NCBI RefSeq assembly: GCF_009834535.1
Contig: NC_045697.1
Span: 8,310,001-8,374,000 of the forward strand
Direction: 5' to 3'
From: Camelus ferus
Taxonomy: Eukaryota
Length of the DNA: 64,000 bases
Both the position numbers and the translations under genes were made by a program. Shown in pieces: positions 22,294-35,300 of the stretch. Every line of letters starts with the position of its first letter. Position 1 is the first letter of the stretch. A model generated the notes under the pieces. The model was given only the letters and a program-made list of their open reading frames with translations. It was not told the origin of the DNA and did no database searches.

Positions 22294-24289
22294 TGTAGAG
22301 TCTCATGGGATTAGGGGCCGGGGGTGGAAAATGAAACCTTTTGCTTCCGGTTCAGGCTTCTCAATATGCAAAAGTAACTCTAAGTTGATTTGACCTCACA
22401 CATGGGAAGACAGAGCCTTTCTTTGACTATATGATTATTAATCTGTTGATCTACCTGGATCACCTGGTAACACACCATCCCTTCCCATCTCTGGAAAGAG
22501 CACTGCCTTTTCTTCTCTCTTAACTTCTACATCCATTCACACACCAAATTCTCTCAATCCAGCTTCTCTTAATGTTTTTCAATCCTTCTCATTCTCCTCT
22601 CTCCATTTCTATTGCCTTAGTTCAAGCCTTCATCATCTCTTATTTTCTTATTTTGGAAGCCTATTTTACTTATTTGAGTAAAAAGAAAAGATTAAATATT
22701 AAGGTGGAAAAAGAAAAGAGAAAGTTGAAGACTTAGCATGCAAAGCAAACACTACATATAAACCTTGTGTGAGGGTCTTCATGCATTACTCAGTCTTTGT
22801 CCTTCCTACAACCTCATGAGCTCAGCTATCATTTCAGGCTTCACTATAGAGGAGAAGGTGAGATGATCAATGATTATTTCCAATGTCACCCAGCTAATAA
22901 ATGGCAAAGCACTTTCTTACTTCCAATGCCCTTCCTATAGCCAAAAACATTTCAACAAGTTTCACAGTCATTGCCGGTTTGTCCTTCCTAACGGTTGTTC
23001 TACATTCCAACAGCTTTGCACAAATCTCTTTTTCATTGTTTTCTTTGCCTGAATGGACACAGGGACCAACTGTTCCCTGTCACTCATCTATTACACTTTC
23101 ATACACTTGAAGCCTGAGAACCTCTTCTAATTTTCTAATTAATCAATCACTCTTTCATGTGGTGAATTCAGTTTCCAATGATGGAGCAGTCCCAGAATGC
23201 TGGCACCACCCTTGGCACTGGGAGGGAAGGGTCAGGAGGGAGGGAGATGACAAGTTCACTGCCACTGGAGCACTTGAATCCAATAGAAGCTTGACAAATG
23301 ACAACCAGGCAACCCAGCTAAGTGCATTCTCTGAAGTCAAGTCCGAAACAAATAGGAAGGCTGTGTGTGAAATGAGGCAATAGTCCAACAGCCCTCTTAC
23401 CCAGCTGGGCAACCTCTTAGAGAAATAAACAGCGTCCTTTTAACCATCCAGACAGGCTCATGGTTGAGCCGATTTATCTGTATCATCTACAAACAATATT
23501 TAACTTAATCTAAGGCAGAACAGGAGCACAAACATTGAGGTCTTGAGTCTGTAAGCATTTTTACAGCACTGTAATGTTTATGAGAACATTCAAGGCCAAA
23601 AAGAATATATGAGTCTTCAGCAGAAATTTCCATGCTCACTGGATGCCAGGTTTTCACTTATTCATATAAAATGCACTTCAGGAGACCTACATTATCCAGC
23701 TGTCCTTCAGGGAGGTGTCGAGTCAAGAGTTTGTGGTTCTGGGCTGAGCTGCACTTCTCACTAGTCGTGTGATGTTAGGAAAGCCACATCTCAGTTTGGT
23801 CAAGTTCAAAAAGGGCGTTGGGTCAAATTTCTCTAAAGAGCTCTTCCAGCTTCACAAATTGGGAGTTTCATTTGAATGAGGAGTTTTAAGAGAGAAAATG
23901 TGATCAATGCTTCTTACTTAAAAAGTTACAGAAGCAGTCTGAATGGAAAGAGGGTCTTCATTTTCCCTTATTACCTGTGTATGTGACTGTCATGTCCACC
24001 AGTGCCAATTAGGAATGTATCTGTGCCTGCTGCTTCTCTTAATTCTACCTGTCTGTTGTACATACCTTACCACTGACCTACCTGCTGAGGATTTCTCTTA
24101 TGCTCGGCACACCAACATTCCCCGGTATGCTGTGTGCTAGCAGGGAGTTGTCAGGTGCTCTATGCCGAAACAGGAGCCATGGCATCCACCTCTGAGGTGA
24201 CAAGGGGAAATTTCAAGATAGTGGCCATATAAGGAAGCAACTCAAATGATTTCCCCAAATAAATCTGGGTCTTTGTGAGCACAGAAGGT

Positions 24290-24785
24290 ATCTTTTATTT
24301 CTTCCTGCCCACCATTCATATCCCCTTCCTCCAGCAACACCAGCCTGATTTCTTTTTCAGCAACAAATTTCTCCCTCAAGCTCAGTACATATAGTTTTGG
24401 ATGGGACATGGGAGTCAAATCTCAATGAACCACGTGGTCTATCCCATGAATACAGTAACCAGCTCAGCAATGACCTACCTGAGGTTGGCACAAATAAGAT
24501 CAAGGTTCAAGAGAGAATTCTTCTCCTAAGACTACCCATGGCAAGGATGGTGTAAGCCTGGTGTTGCCATGAGCAATCACATAGAATACAAAAAAAAAAA
24601 AAAAGCCAAAACAAAGGAAAAGTAGAACTCAAAGATGAAGAAAATGAATCCTGATGATACTGGCTGAGCAGTTTGATACAGTTATGCCTGAAACTGCTTT
24701 TTCATTTATGCAAGCCACTGAAGTCCCTCTTCTAAGCCAGCTTCCGTGGGGTTTTTACTACTTGTCCAGGAGATCCATGACATTC
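24290..24785 (+). mobile_element. MaLR solo LTR, MLT1K/L-like
   Basis: 'tgtaagcctggtgttgcc', 'gaatcctgatgatac...gatacagttatgcctgaa' and 'ctaagccagcttccgtggggtttttactacttg'. Confidence 0.65.
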
Positions 24786-24905
24786 ACTGAAGGCAAAGGC
24801 CTTGCATTTGTTTACTGAACAATTTCAGTAGATGGTGTGACAGATGTGATGCTCTGTAGGACAGCTTCTGGCTCTAGCATTCATTGGTATGTTTTAATCT
24901 GTCCA

Positions 24906-25850
24906 GGGAAGCAGCATGGTAGAAAGAGAAGGAACTGTGAAGTCAAACTGATCTGAGTTTGAATCCTAGCTTATCCACTGCCTCATTCCAAAAATTTAGT
25001 TACTTAGCCTCTGTGAGCTTGTGTGTTTCTATAAAATGGGGAGTAATAATACATACTTTGAAGAATTTCTTTCCAGGATTAAATTAAAACACTGAGCACT
25101 GAACACATCACCTACCACCTACCACATAATATGCAGTTGATAGATGACAACTGTCATTATTAGTTTATAGAACCAGAAGCCACATTCTAGCAGTGTCTAA
25201 TATGAATGTAACATTAAGTTCCTTACAACTTCAAAGTTCAATATAATTTACAAAATATTTTTTTTACCTATTAGCTCATACCTCCCAATCCCCAATACTC
25301 AGAAGTAGTAAAATTTGGTATAATAATCCTCATTTTAGAAAAGAAGAAGCCAAGGTCTTACAGCCAGTAAGAAGCAGGGTCAGGACCAAAGTTACAGCCT
25401 TTTGATCCCAAGCTCAGAGCTCTAACTTCCCAACCGTGCAGCCTCCAGGCCTGATGCCCAGAACATGTGTCATCTCTCAGTCTCCACTGATACTCCCTGA
25501 GTTGTATGTATTACAGACTCACACAGTGACAAAGCTAGAAAAGTCATTGGAAATCTCAATCTCCAACCCGCCAAACTTCCACTCATATTATAGTTAAAAG
25601 TGCAGGACGTAAGGTAAGAGAGATTAGGGTTTGAATTCACCAATTCTGGACTTTGTGGGCACAAGTCAATAGAAAAGTCTGGCTGAGCTGCAGTTTTCTC
25701 GTCTGTATTATGAGTGCCCCCTCCTACCTCTTCTGCTTGTAAAGAGAATTCAATGGGCATGTGCTGTAAAACAATTAGTGTAATGCTTATCACGTGGAAA
25801 CCTCTCTGTAAATGGCATAAATTATCAAATTATTTATTGTTGTAATTACT
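24906..25850. mobile_element. Cluster of MIR/MIR3 copies in both orientations
   Basis: e.g. 'ctgagtttgaatcctagc...gttacttagcctctgtgagc...ctataaaatgggg' and 'aatcctcattttagaaaagaagaagccaaggtc'. Confidence 0.7.
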
Positions 25851-27279
25851 GTTGTTACAAACCGGATTCTGAACCCCCAGTGCTTTCTCCACTCCTTACT
25901 ATCCAGGCCGTAAACTTAAAAATACCTATATGCCACAGAGGGTGGAGACTGTCTCTCATGTCTCGGTACCCCCCAAATCAATCCATATTTCTCGAATGCC
26001 ACGGTGACTGAGTGATCACCATGCTCAGGCATTCACTGGGAGTACATCCTACAGGGCTAACTACCTCTGAGTTCTTCTGTGGGCTCACCTCCTCTCCCAC
26101 CAGGAAGGAGACTGCAGGGGTTGATAAAGATGAGAGGGGCAAGTCAGACACTCCTGTCCTTTCAAGGGTTGTTTCTTTTTGTGTTTTTTCTTCCCCTCTA
26201 TGTTTGCCCCTTGTTCCTTTACACACCTGCTCCAGACTCAGCTGAGAGTCAGGGATGAAGGTGCTGGGTGTGGGCCCCATTAGGGAAGATCTGGGCTTTA
26301 TCCTTTGCTTGTATTCTCCACTTTTGATTTGTATGAAATTCACCTGGGGACACATGCTACAAGGCACAAGAGGTCTTTTTGATTGAACAGTGAAAGGAGC
26401 CTATTAGAAATGTGAAATCATAATTTCTGGAGGTTTGGGGACTTTAAAAAAAATGTGGACAGCTGTTGGCTAAAGAACTGAGAAATGTTTAAGTCAGGAA
26501 AATATCCTAGGTAATGGAGCCAGAGAGCCTAAATCAGTGGTAAATACTGCTAAGCCATCATTACACACTAAATAGTTATTAGTCATCTCTCTGTTTGTAA
26601 CGGAAAGCTTAAGGGTCTGAAGTCCAAAGCTTAGACTCCATTCTCTCTAACAAATCAAACATCCCATCCCCTCCAATAGCAGAAATCTGCCAAGAGAACA
26701 TTAAAGGTCAAGCTAAACCCACAAAAGCAAAGCAATGCCAATTTTAAAGACCCTGAATGGAAAATACAATTAAAAGTTCATTCTGAGTAGGAGAAAAGAC
26801 TGAGAGCTGGATTTAAGGTCAGGAGCCCAAGGGGCAGTGGCAAAGGGAAATAGGAACCCCAAGCCAAACCATAAGCAAAGTGGCCTGGAAACTCTCAAAC
26901 TTGGCAGGAGCCTTCCCCTCTCCAGCCCCTCTTGGGTGAGTGGGTCACAGTGCGGTTGGAACTTTGAGCTGCCCCTGCAGGACCCATATTGGGAACTGAA
27001 TGTAAGGACCTGGCCTCCAGTGGCTAGACCTGTGCTAGGGACCTGGCTTTCTCCCAGCTCCACAGTCATCTTCCTGTGCGACCCTGCAAAGTCATTCACC
27101 CTGCCCTGCCCTAGTTTTACCTAATTATAAAATAATTTCTTCTAATGAGGCCAAGCTTACCAATAAGCCTGAATTTTGTGGTTTGAGGGATGCCAATAAG
27201 GCACCCCTGGGATTTCGGACCCAACTTTATAATGCTCACATCTTCCCATTTTACTTTTTCACCAATGCCTGAAATACTA

Positions 27280-29218
27280 CCATTCATAAATAGGTTTAGC
27301 CTAAAAACATTTTTTGAAGGCCTACTTCACGCCAGATATTGTACTAGGCACTAGGTACACAGGAGTGAGTAAAACAAACCTGGATCCTAAGCAAGGCCTG
27401 GTTGGAAGAAACAGATTGAACTGAACAGATAAATACACACATACATATCTGCAAATGGAGAGTCCCCTGCAAAGTTATTGGACAAATTACTCTGAGAAAG
27501 GTTAGAAGCCTGAGTCTTAGTTAAAGTCATTATTGAAGCCACTGAGAAGGTGACTGTTAAGCTGAGACTTGACACATACTATGAAGATCTAGGAACATGC
27601 TGTTCTGGGTAGCAGGTGACTGGCATGCGCTACGTCTGAGCTGAAAGGGGCTTGGTGTGTGCTGGAACTGAAAACGACAGGAGGTCTTTGTGGATGGGAC
27701 ACAGGACATAGGATGGGAAGGAGCCTGAGCTGAGGCTAACCAGTAGCCAAGGAGAGGTCAAACGAGGCTTGGTAGGCCACTATGGGGCAACTTTATATTG
27801 GTCTTGCCATAATCCAAAGCCATTAAAAGTCTAAGCAAGAGGTTACATCATCTCTCTCAGTATTAAAATTACTCTGGCTCCACTGAGGTGGACAGGATGT
27901 TAGAAGGCACAAGAGGATACAGAGACACAAGAGAAAAGGTTTCGCTCCCCTCCCTAGATTGTAATCTCCAAAGAGTCATGTCTATTTTAGTCAGTGTTTT
28001 TGCTCTGGTTCATAGAATAAGAGTTGTGCCATGAAGTTGGTGAATCAGTTCTGATGGAAAATAAAGGCAGACTCTAACTTAGGGTCAGTAAGAGAAGTCC
28101 TGTATGTGGCACTTAAGAGGAGGAAACTACTAATTATGTATCAAATGAATGAAGAAATGAATAAAGATCTCTGGTCTCCAGAAAAGAATATTACAGTGGT
28201 TTGGATGTGGTGGTGGAAGTGGAGGGTGAGAAGTGGGCAAATGTGAGATATACTTGAAGGCAAGAAATGAAGGACTTCTACAGAATGGGTGTGAGGGTGA
28301 AGAGAGGGATAGATAAAGATTAACACCCTCATTGATGGCTAGTGCACCAAATTGCAGGCAAAGGCATTTTCTGGGGTGGGAGAACCTCTGTCAGGACAGA
28401 CAGATTACATTATTGGCCTGTAAACCTGAGTAAGAGCCAGCCCAGCCACCGCAGACCAGTGCACGTCACGATGCCTGCGCACTGTCACTTCGTTTTGATG
28501 TGGCTGCTTACACGGCATTACTAGTGGCCGCAGCCAGCTGAGGCAGAAGTCATGAGATTCAAGGGAAAATCGTGAATTCAATTTTGAAATGTCAAACCTG
28601 CGAGAGTTATGGAATACCCAAGGTGGGCTATCAGGTAGGAGATTGAGTACACAATTCCATGAGGGTACAGATGGGGTCTCGGCTCAAGATAAACCTTTTG
28701 GAGTCACCAGCATAAAGATGATACTTAGAACTAAAGGCACAGATGAAATCATCCCAAAGAAATGTATAGGAACGAAAGGTAAAAAGGTGCCCATTTCCCA
28801 ACCTGTGGGGCCCTTCAACATTTAGAAGTCAAGAGGAGACTTCAGAGAAGACTGAAATAAGGACCAGAGAGATGACAGGAAAACAGGAGTGCATGGGACC
28901 ACAGCATCCAAGGGAGATTTTTTACAAGAAGTAGATAAATTGGGAGTTTGGGATTTGCAGACGCTAACTACTATATATAAAATAGATAAACAGCAAGGTC
29001 TTACCATCCAGCACAGGGAACTATACTCAATATCTTGTAATAGCCTATAATGAAAAAGCATAGGAAGAAAGAATATATAGATAAATGTATAACTGAATCA
29101 CTATGCTGTACATTGAAACTAACACAACATTGCAAACCAACTACATGTCAATTAAATAAATAAATACAAACTGAAAGTAGTAGAGAATGATCAACCCTGT
29201 CAAACGTTAACATAAGAC
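27280..29218 (-). mobile_element. Long fragmented L2 with nested L2(+) and L1 pieces
   Basis: 'gtactaggcactaggtacacaggagtgagtaaaaca', 'gagaaggtgactgttaagctgagacttga' and 'ttttggagtcaccagcataaagatgatactta'. Confidence 0.75.
28936..29170 (+). mobile_element. LINE-1 3' UTR fragment
   Basis: 'taaattgggagtttgggatttgcaga...gcacagggaactatactcaatatcttgtaatagcctataatg'; probable TSD aagaagtaga (28926-28935) / aagtagtaga (29175-29184). Confidence 0.9.
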
Positions 29219-29707
29219 TTTATTGGTTTCTTATTGCTGCTATAACAAGTTATCACTCTTAGTGGCTTAAAATAACCAAAAAAAAATTTTGATCTTAAGA
29301 GTTTTAGAGATCAAAAGTCTGAAACAGGTCTGACTGCACCAAGGTTCAAGTGCCAGCAGAAATGTGTTTCTTCTGGAGGTTGCAGGGCAGGGTCAGTTTC
29401 CAAGCCTTTCCCGCCTTCTGGATGGCTACCCACATTCCCTGACTCATCAACTCTTCTCCCTGCAAATCTCTCCAGGATTCTGACAATGGATTTTCTGCTG
29501 CCTTCTTTTACTCAGAAGGATCCTCGTGGTTCCATTGGGCCCACCTGGAAACCACAAGATAACTTTGCATCTGAAACTCAGCAGATTAGCAATCTCAAAG
29601 CCATCTGAAACTTAATGTCCCCTTTGCCCCAGACAATATAACATATTCACAGAGGCCAGGAACTAGGAAACAGGCAGCTGTGGGAGACCATTATCCTCCA
29701 CACCACA
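29219..29707 (-). mobile_element. MaLR solo LTR, MLT1D-like
   Basis: 'attgctgctataacaagttatcac...tagtggcttaaaa' and 'cagcagattagcaatctc...aacatattcacag...ccattatcctccacaccaca'. Confidence 0.85.
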
Positions 29708-29899
29708 GACACTGAATAGGATGAGCTTTGCTTCTTGACAAAATGGATAGGATGTTTCTGGAAAAGGTTAAGGCTTCTAGTATATTAGTTAGTTCCCCAG
29801 ATTATTAAAAGAATACCCCTCTTCTAAGCAGAATTACGTAAGAGACATTTGAAGAATCGGAAAAATAGACCTACCCATAAAGGAAATCCCCTTCAGTTA

Positions 29900-31890
29900 C
29901 TTATTTTAAACAACTAAGGATTTCCAACCATGTGAGGGATAAAAAAGCACAAAACAGGAGAATCGAGATGGACAAAAAGAATACTGGAATAAACAGAGAT
30001 AATCCACAGAATATGAGAACTTTCAAAGTAATTCTAATGCGTATTCTAAGAGATATTTGAGAACAGACACATCAATGAGATAAGCGTAGGCTGATACAAG
30101 AGGATTAATCAGGAGACAAGAAAGTATTCATGGAAATTTAAAATATGATGGCTGAAAAATTTTTTAAATGTTGAATAGCATGATCTGAGGAAAATACTAC
30201 AGAACACAAAATTGAAACAAAGAAAAGGAAGTGATATAAGGTAAAACTAAAATCTTAAAGGATCAACCTGGAAGGGTCCTCCTTCCTCTAAAAGAGTTCT
30301 AGAAGAAGAAAGAATATGATGGAGGATAAAAAAAAAATTTAATGCTGCAAGACAGCAGGGAAAGGGTTATCAAGTTTTAAGGGAAAATGTTATTTTGAAA
30401 TCAGAATTCCACACCTCGTCACAATACCATGAGAGTAAAATAAAATCATTTCTAGACATAAAAGGGATCAGAACATTTGTCTTTGTACAGCCTTCTGGTG
30501 GAAAAAATAACCTTTATTACATATTCCAGCAGAACAAAAGAAGATGCTGTAAGAGGAGCCTGCGCGATTAACTCAGACGTGATGGTAGAAGCTGTGTTCT
30601 CCGTCTCTCCCCAGGCAAACAGTGGACCCATGTCCTGGCATTCCTGCATCTAGATAAGCCATACAACAGTTCTCGTCAAGGGTCAGAAGTCACGTGCACC
30701 ACGTCTAGCCCAAAGAGATCAGAAGCACAGGTGTCCTCCCCCATCGCCAGCCTTGCGCACCCACTGGCCAGCTGCAGAGGAGAGCAAAACCTAGAACATA
30801 GCTGAGACACCCCATGGAAGGGTCTGTTTCCAGAATGTCTGCAGGAAGCAGAGCTCCCTTTTAGTCTCAGATGAACTGTGATGCGAGTGAAAAATGAAAC
30901 TTCCATGAAATTAAGCCTCTGAAATTTGGAGATATTACAGCATTAAACCTAGCCTGATTAATGCAAGAATATAATGGAAAAAATTCTGGGAAAATGGCTC
31001 TGCTCATAAAGCAGAAGTTCCAATTTGAATAGAATTTGGGACACTTTAATAGTTTTATCTTTAAGAAAAAAGTAGACATTATTAAACAAAGGATAAGATT
31101 AAAACCCAGGAAATTCAATGGAAATGGTCAATAAAGCGCATGGTTTATCTGTCAGCAAGTAGAAGAAAACAATTAGAAATACCAAGAAAAACTAGAGAAT
31201 ATATAGAATATCTTGGCTTAAGTGGAAAGCGAGCTAAAATGCAGCATGATATTGAGCAGTTAGAATAGAAGACATTTATTCTCTGCCAACTCTAAGCAGC
31301 ACAGAATTGCACTTCTTCACTCTGAGTCCAACCCTACCACTCGGTTCTCCCGAACAGTTACTCTTACTACATTGACTTTGTCATTATACTGTAAAGGCTA
31401 ATTGTTTGCTTTCAAATTTTTAGAATCAATTTTAGAAACAGCAAAAACACTTAAACATAATCACAAAGCAGGATGTGAATGTTAAAACTCTGATGCTGGA
31501 TAAAAATTATACAGCTGACACAACCTGAGAGATACAAGGAAGAAAGGAGGTTAAGAGTGTGTTAAGCCTAATTTCCTCCTTGTAAAGGGTGGGGCATCAA
31601 GAAATACTCTCCAAATTTGGTAGAACAAGAAGTGCAATTTTAATTATAACATTTAACAAAACTGGGGATAGTGTATGTGACCCAAAGTCCTAATCTTTCT
31701 CAGCAGATTTGACAGAGAAACATGTAATAATAAATTGCTTAATATCATTTTATTAACAATTAGAAGAAATAAAAATGTAAATAACTCTACTAAGGAGTGG
31801 GACTCTGGATAAATAGGAAGTGGTGTTCATTTTTTTACTTACTAGTGACATTTGATTTCTCAAAGAATGTGTATACATTACTTTTATGAT
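29900..31890 (+). mobile_element. HAL1 (half-L1) remnant: ORF1-derived region plus 3' region
   Basis: 'tggaaatttaaaatatgatggctgaaa', 'aggatcaacctggaagggtcc...gagttctagaagaaga' and 'ttttaagggaaaatgttattttgaaatcagaattc' resemble HAL1 ORF1; no ORF2-like sequence follows. Confidence 0.7.
30580..30965 (+). mobile_element. MaLR solo LTR, MLT1I/J-like, nested in HAL1
   Basis: 'cagaagtcacgtgcaccacgtctagccc' and 3' end 'ttaagcctctgaaatttggagatattacagca...tagcctgattaatgca'. Confidence 0.7.
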
Positions 31891-32766
31891 GCCACCAACC
31901 AAGACTGTGAGAAGAGGAGACGGAACAGGTGTGTGTGAGGAGGAGGTGGCCAAAGATTTCAGTTTAAACTTGTTGAGTCATTTATTTGAAATCTTTAGAT
32001 CAAACACAAGCATTTACCGTAAGCTCTCTGATAGGGGGATTACAGAAATACACTTAACACACAAAGGAGGGCTTTAGTGTACTCACTTTGAAATTTGCAT
32101 TTTTATTTTGGAAGGAATTTTGTGTTCAGAGTTTTTGTTTGCTCTCAAATGTATCCACTTCTTTGACTTAGAGTAATTATGTTTAAGAAAACCAAAACAC
32201 CAGCAATGTTTCCATTACTCACCATAAAAATCTCTTTTTAATTCATGTTTTCCTGTGTCTTCTCAAGTGCTTACATTACTGAAATGTTTTCTAAAAAACA
32301 ATGGAGCTTTGGGATTGGTAAATTTACTGTGATTCCTTAAAGTCGTATATCATGAACTCGATTTGTCATTCAGTTAATAGACTCCTTCCTCAACCCCTTT
32401 TTCATAAGCAGCACGGTGTGCAGTAATTTGTTGGTTTTATCCAAGGAAAAATGCACAACAGAAAGATGGAAATATGGGTCCAGAGCTTGGCAGGAACAGA
32501 GAGGTCAGGATTAAAGGGATGTATTTGGTGGTGATTAAAGGGCTGATAATATAAGCCACAGAAGTGGAATGAAATCGCCTAGGCAGAAAACAGAGGGAGA
32601 TGAGATGAGAAATAATAACAAAAAGTCAGGAGACGCTCACACATGAAGATGCAGAACTAAGAAGAATAAAGCACAAAGACTGAAGTGTTGTTTGGATGAA
32701 TGGGACGAAAAGTCACTGGACTGTAAATTACTGGAAGGCAGAGCAGAGACTGTCACTACTGACTTT

Positions 32767-32918
32767 GACTTTTTTTTTGTTGTGTTTTGTTTTGTTTTAT
32801 GAGGGGGAGTTAATTAGGCATATTTATTTATTTATCTTTGCAGGAGGTGCTAGGGATTGAACCCAGGACCTCATGCATGCTAAGCATGCACTCCACCACT
32901 TGAGCTCTACCCTCCCCT
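32767..32918 (-). mobile_element. vic-1-type camelid tRNA-Ala-derived SINE
   Basis: Reverse complement 'ggggagggtagagctcaagtggtggagtgcatgcttagcatgcatgaggtcctgggttcaatccctagcacctcc'; TSD tcactactgacttt (32753-32766) / tcattattgacttt (32919-32932). Confidence 0.9.
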
Positions 32919-34116
32919 TCATTATTGACTTTTAATTCTCTAATCCTCCTCTCTCTGATCCCACCATCGTCACCTGACCAATAGTTACTGAAAGACGTAA
33001 GAGGGGCAGAAGGCAGAATGAATGAAGATGTAGAGAAAACTTCCAGTAGACCCAAGATAAAATAAGTATCCTGGATAAAACTGTCTCTATGAGGTAGGAC
33101 CCTGTCCCCTCAGCACCCAGCAATTTAGAGCTCCTTCTATATAGTAAACGTTCAAAAGAGGTCAGAGGGAATGAATAAATGAAATATAGTTCGGGACGGG
33201 CACAAAGGACACGAGAGAAGAGGGCAGATGGAGGGGAACTGTGAACTTAGATTTTAAGAGCCCAGCATTTGTATTTCTCTTGCTGGCTTCAAACCCCCAA
33301 ATCACAATTATCTGCAATATATGAAATAACACACGCAACAAGAGGGCTCCAGCATGAGGGCCCACTATGGGCATCCCCAAGCACTCTTAAGTTTCTAGGG
33401 TCACAGCTCTCTTTTAAAGTGCCCCGAGGCACTTGAGAATCTGTATTAGACAGCACAGTCCTAGACAGAAATTGCTAGAGTTTCACTAATGTCTTAAGCA
33501 AATGATCTTACATTATGATGTTGAGCAGAAACAACAAATAGGTCTGCTCTGTAGTTTAAGTGAAGGGACTCAGCAGAAACATGAAGTCATTGTTTTCCTT
33601 AGGTCATTCAGATGGACGGGATGAAAGATTAGCATGAATACAACCATTTCACCTCTTAGGTGCTAAAGGCGATTTAAGAGTATGAAGGCAAAACCTGTAT
33701 ACGTTTCCCCTAATTCTCTAAAGCCACCCATAAGTGTGGGTCAAACTACACTAATATCAGAAAAGCAGCAGAAACATCAGGGTCTGTGTTAACTACAAAC
33801 CTACTTCGTGCATTTTCTTTCCAGGAGAAATGGGCTGATTTCCGACCAGAGGTGGGGGCTGGGGGGGACCACTGCTGGTCAGAATTTATCAATCCATCTC
33901 ACCAAGATAAAGATACTTGCCTTCACATATAGGCCATTACCAGCCGGAGAGAATTTTCAGTCTGCATCCTTCTGTGGGCTCCTATCAGTCTTTTAAATCT
34001 ATATTCATCTATATTTTGAGAGAGAGACAGAGAGAAAGAGATCACTGTTACATCTTCCTCATTTTTACAGACCCCAACCATTCAATTCTTTTCTTGGGAG
34101 AATGGATTTCAAAGTA

Positions 34117-35300
34117 TAGTAGGTTATCATTACTTGCAGTAGTTACATAAAGTCACCACAAAGACTGGATTAGTGAATACTGAGTCACCGCTCCTAGGGG
34201 AAAGACAGGGTAAGGTTCCCTGGTCACAGAGAAGCCTCTGGTCACATACATAAACTGGTATGTGTCTCCATTTAAAGACACTTTATCTAATATATATTAT
34301 TGAGTCATTAACATTGAACTCACAGCCAAGTGCACTCTAACCCACGCTTGAATGAAGCTTATCTGACACATGTATTTTCTCTGTAAGTCACACCCATCTT
34401 CTTACACATAGGAACACTAGACAGCACTTCAGCACTTCACTTGGGGGCCCATTTAAACAGCTGACATACTATTGACAGATGACTGGATAAAGAAGTTGTG
34501 GTATATCTATACAATGGAATACTACTCAGCCATAAAAAGAATAAAATAATGCCATTTGCAGCAACATGGATGGACCCGGAGATTGTCATTCTAAGTGAAG
34601 TAAGCCAGAAAGAGAAAGAAAAATACCACTTGATATCACTTATATGTGGAATAAAAAAAAAAAAAAAAAAGAGGACACTAATGACCTCATCTACAAAACA
34701 GAAACAGACTCACAGACATAGTAAACAATCTTATGGTTACTGGGGAAAGGGGGTAGAAAAGGATAAATTTGGGAGTTTGAGATTTGCAAATGTTAACCAG
34801 TATATATAAAAATAGATAAAACAAATTTCTTCTGTAGAGCACAGGGAACTATATTCAAGTATCTTGCAATAACCTTTAATGAAAAAGATTATGATAATGA
34901 ATATATGTATGTATATGCATGACTCAGACATTGTGCTGTGCACCAGAAACTGACACACTGTAACTGACTATACTTCAATAAAAAAATTAAAAATTTCAAA
35001 AATAAAATAAAATAAACAGCTGACACAGCACCAAGAAGCAGAAAAATGCAAAACACGTACGACTGAACAGCCCGTGAGAAGGACACTTGTCTACAGTGTG
35101 GGCTGAAACAAGAGAGCCGAGCATTGCTTTGCTCAGCCTCAGTCGGAAACGTGCATGACGGGTGACTTGAATTTGTCACTACCTGTCCTACGCCCACGAA
35201 TGGTTGTGAAAGCACTGTGTGTTGATTTTGATGTTACAGTACATTTTAGCCAGTAGCTTAGTTTGCAAATAAGGAATCTATGAATAATGGGGATCAACTG
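34117..35300. mobile_element. TcMar-Tigger MITE MER82, full length, split by an L1
   Basis: 'gctcctaggggaaagacaggg', 'taggaacactagacagcacttcagcact' and end 'gaataatggggatcaactg'; TA on both flanks (34115-34116, 35301-35302). Confidence 0.9.
34470..35012 (+). mobile_element. 5'-truncated LINE-1
   Basis: ORF2 C-terminal peptide KIMPFAATWMDPEIVILSEVSQKEK; TSD taaacagctgaca (34454-34466 / 35013-35025). Confidence 0.95.

Noticed and set aside
23401..23509. Minus-strand exon candidate (ccttag| ... TGG|gtaaga)
   Set aside because: Stops in all frames at 109 nt, AT-rich, and indistinguishable from a pseudo-exon without data
24826..24839. CTCF-like motif tcagtagatggtgt
   Set aside because: Several mismatches to the core; matches of this quality are expected by chance in 64 kb
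26089..26111. 23-nt minus-strand microexon candidate
   Set aside because: Plausible splice signals, but frame-shifting and with no independent support
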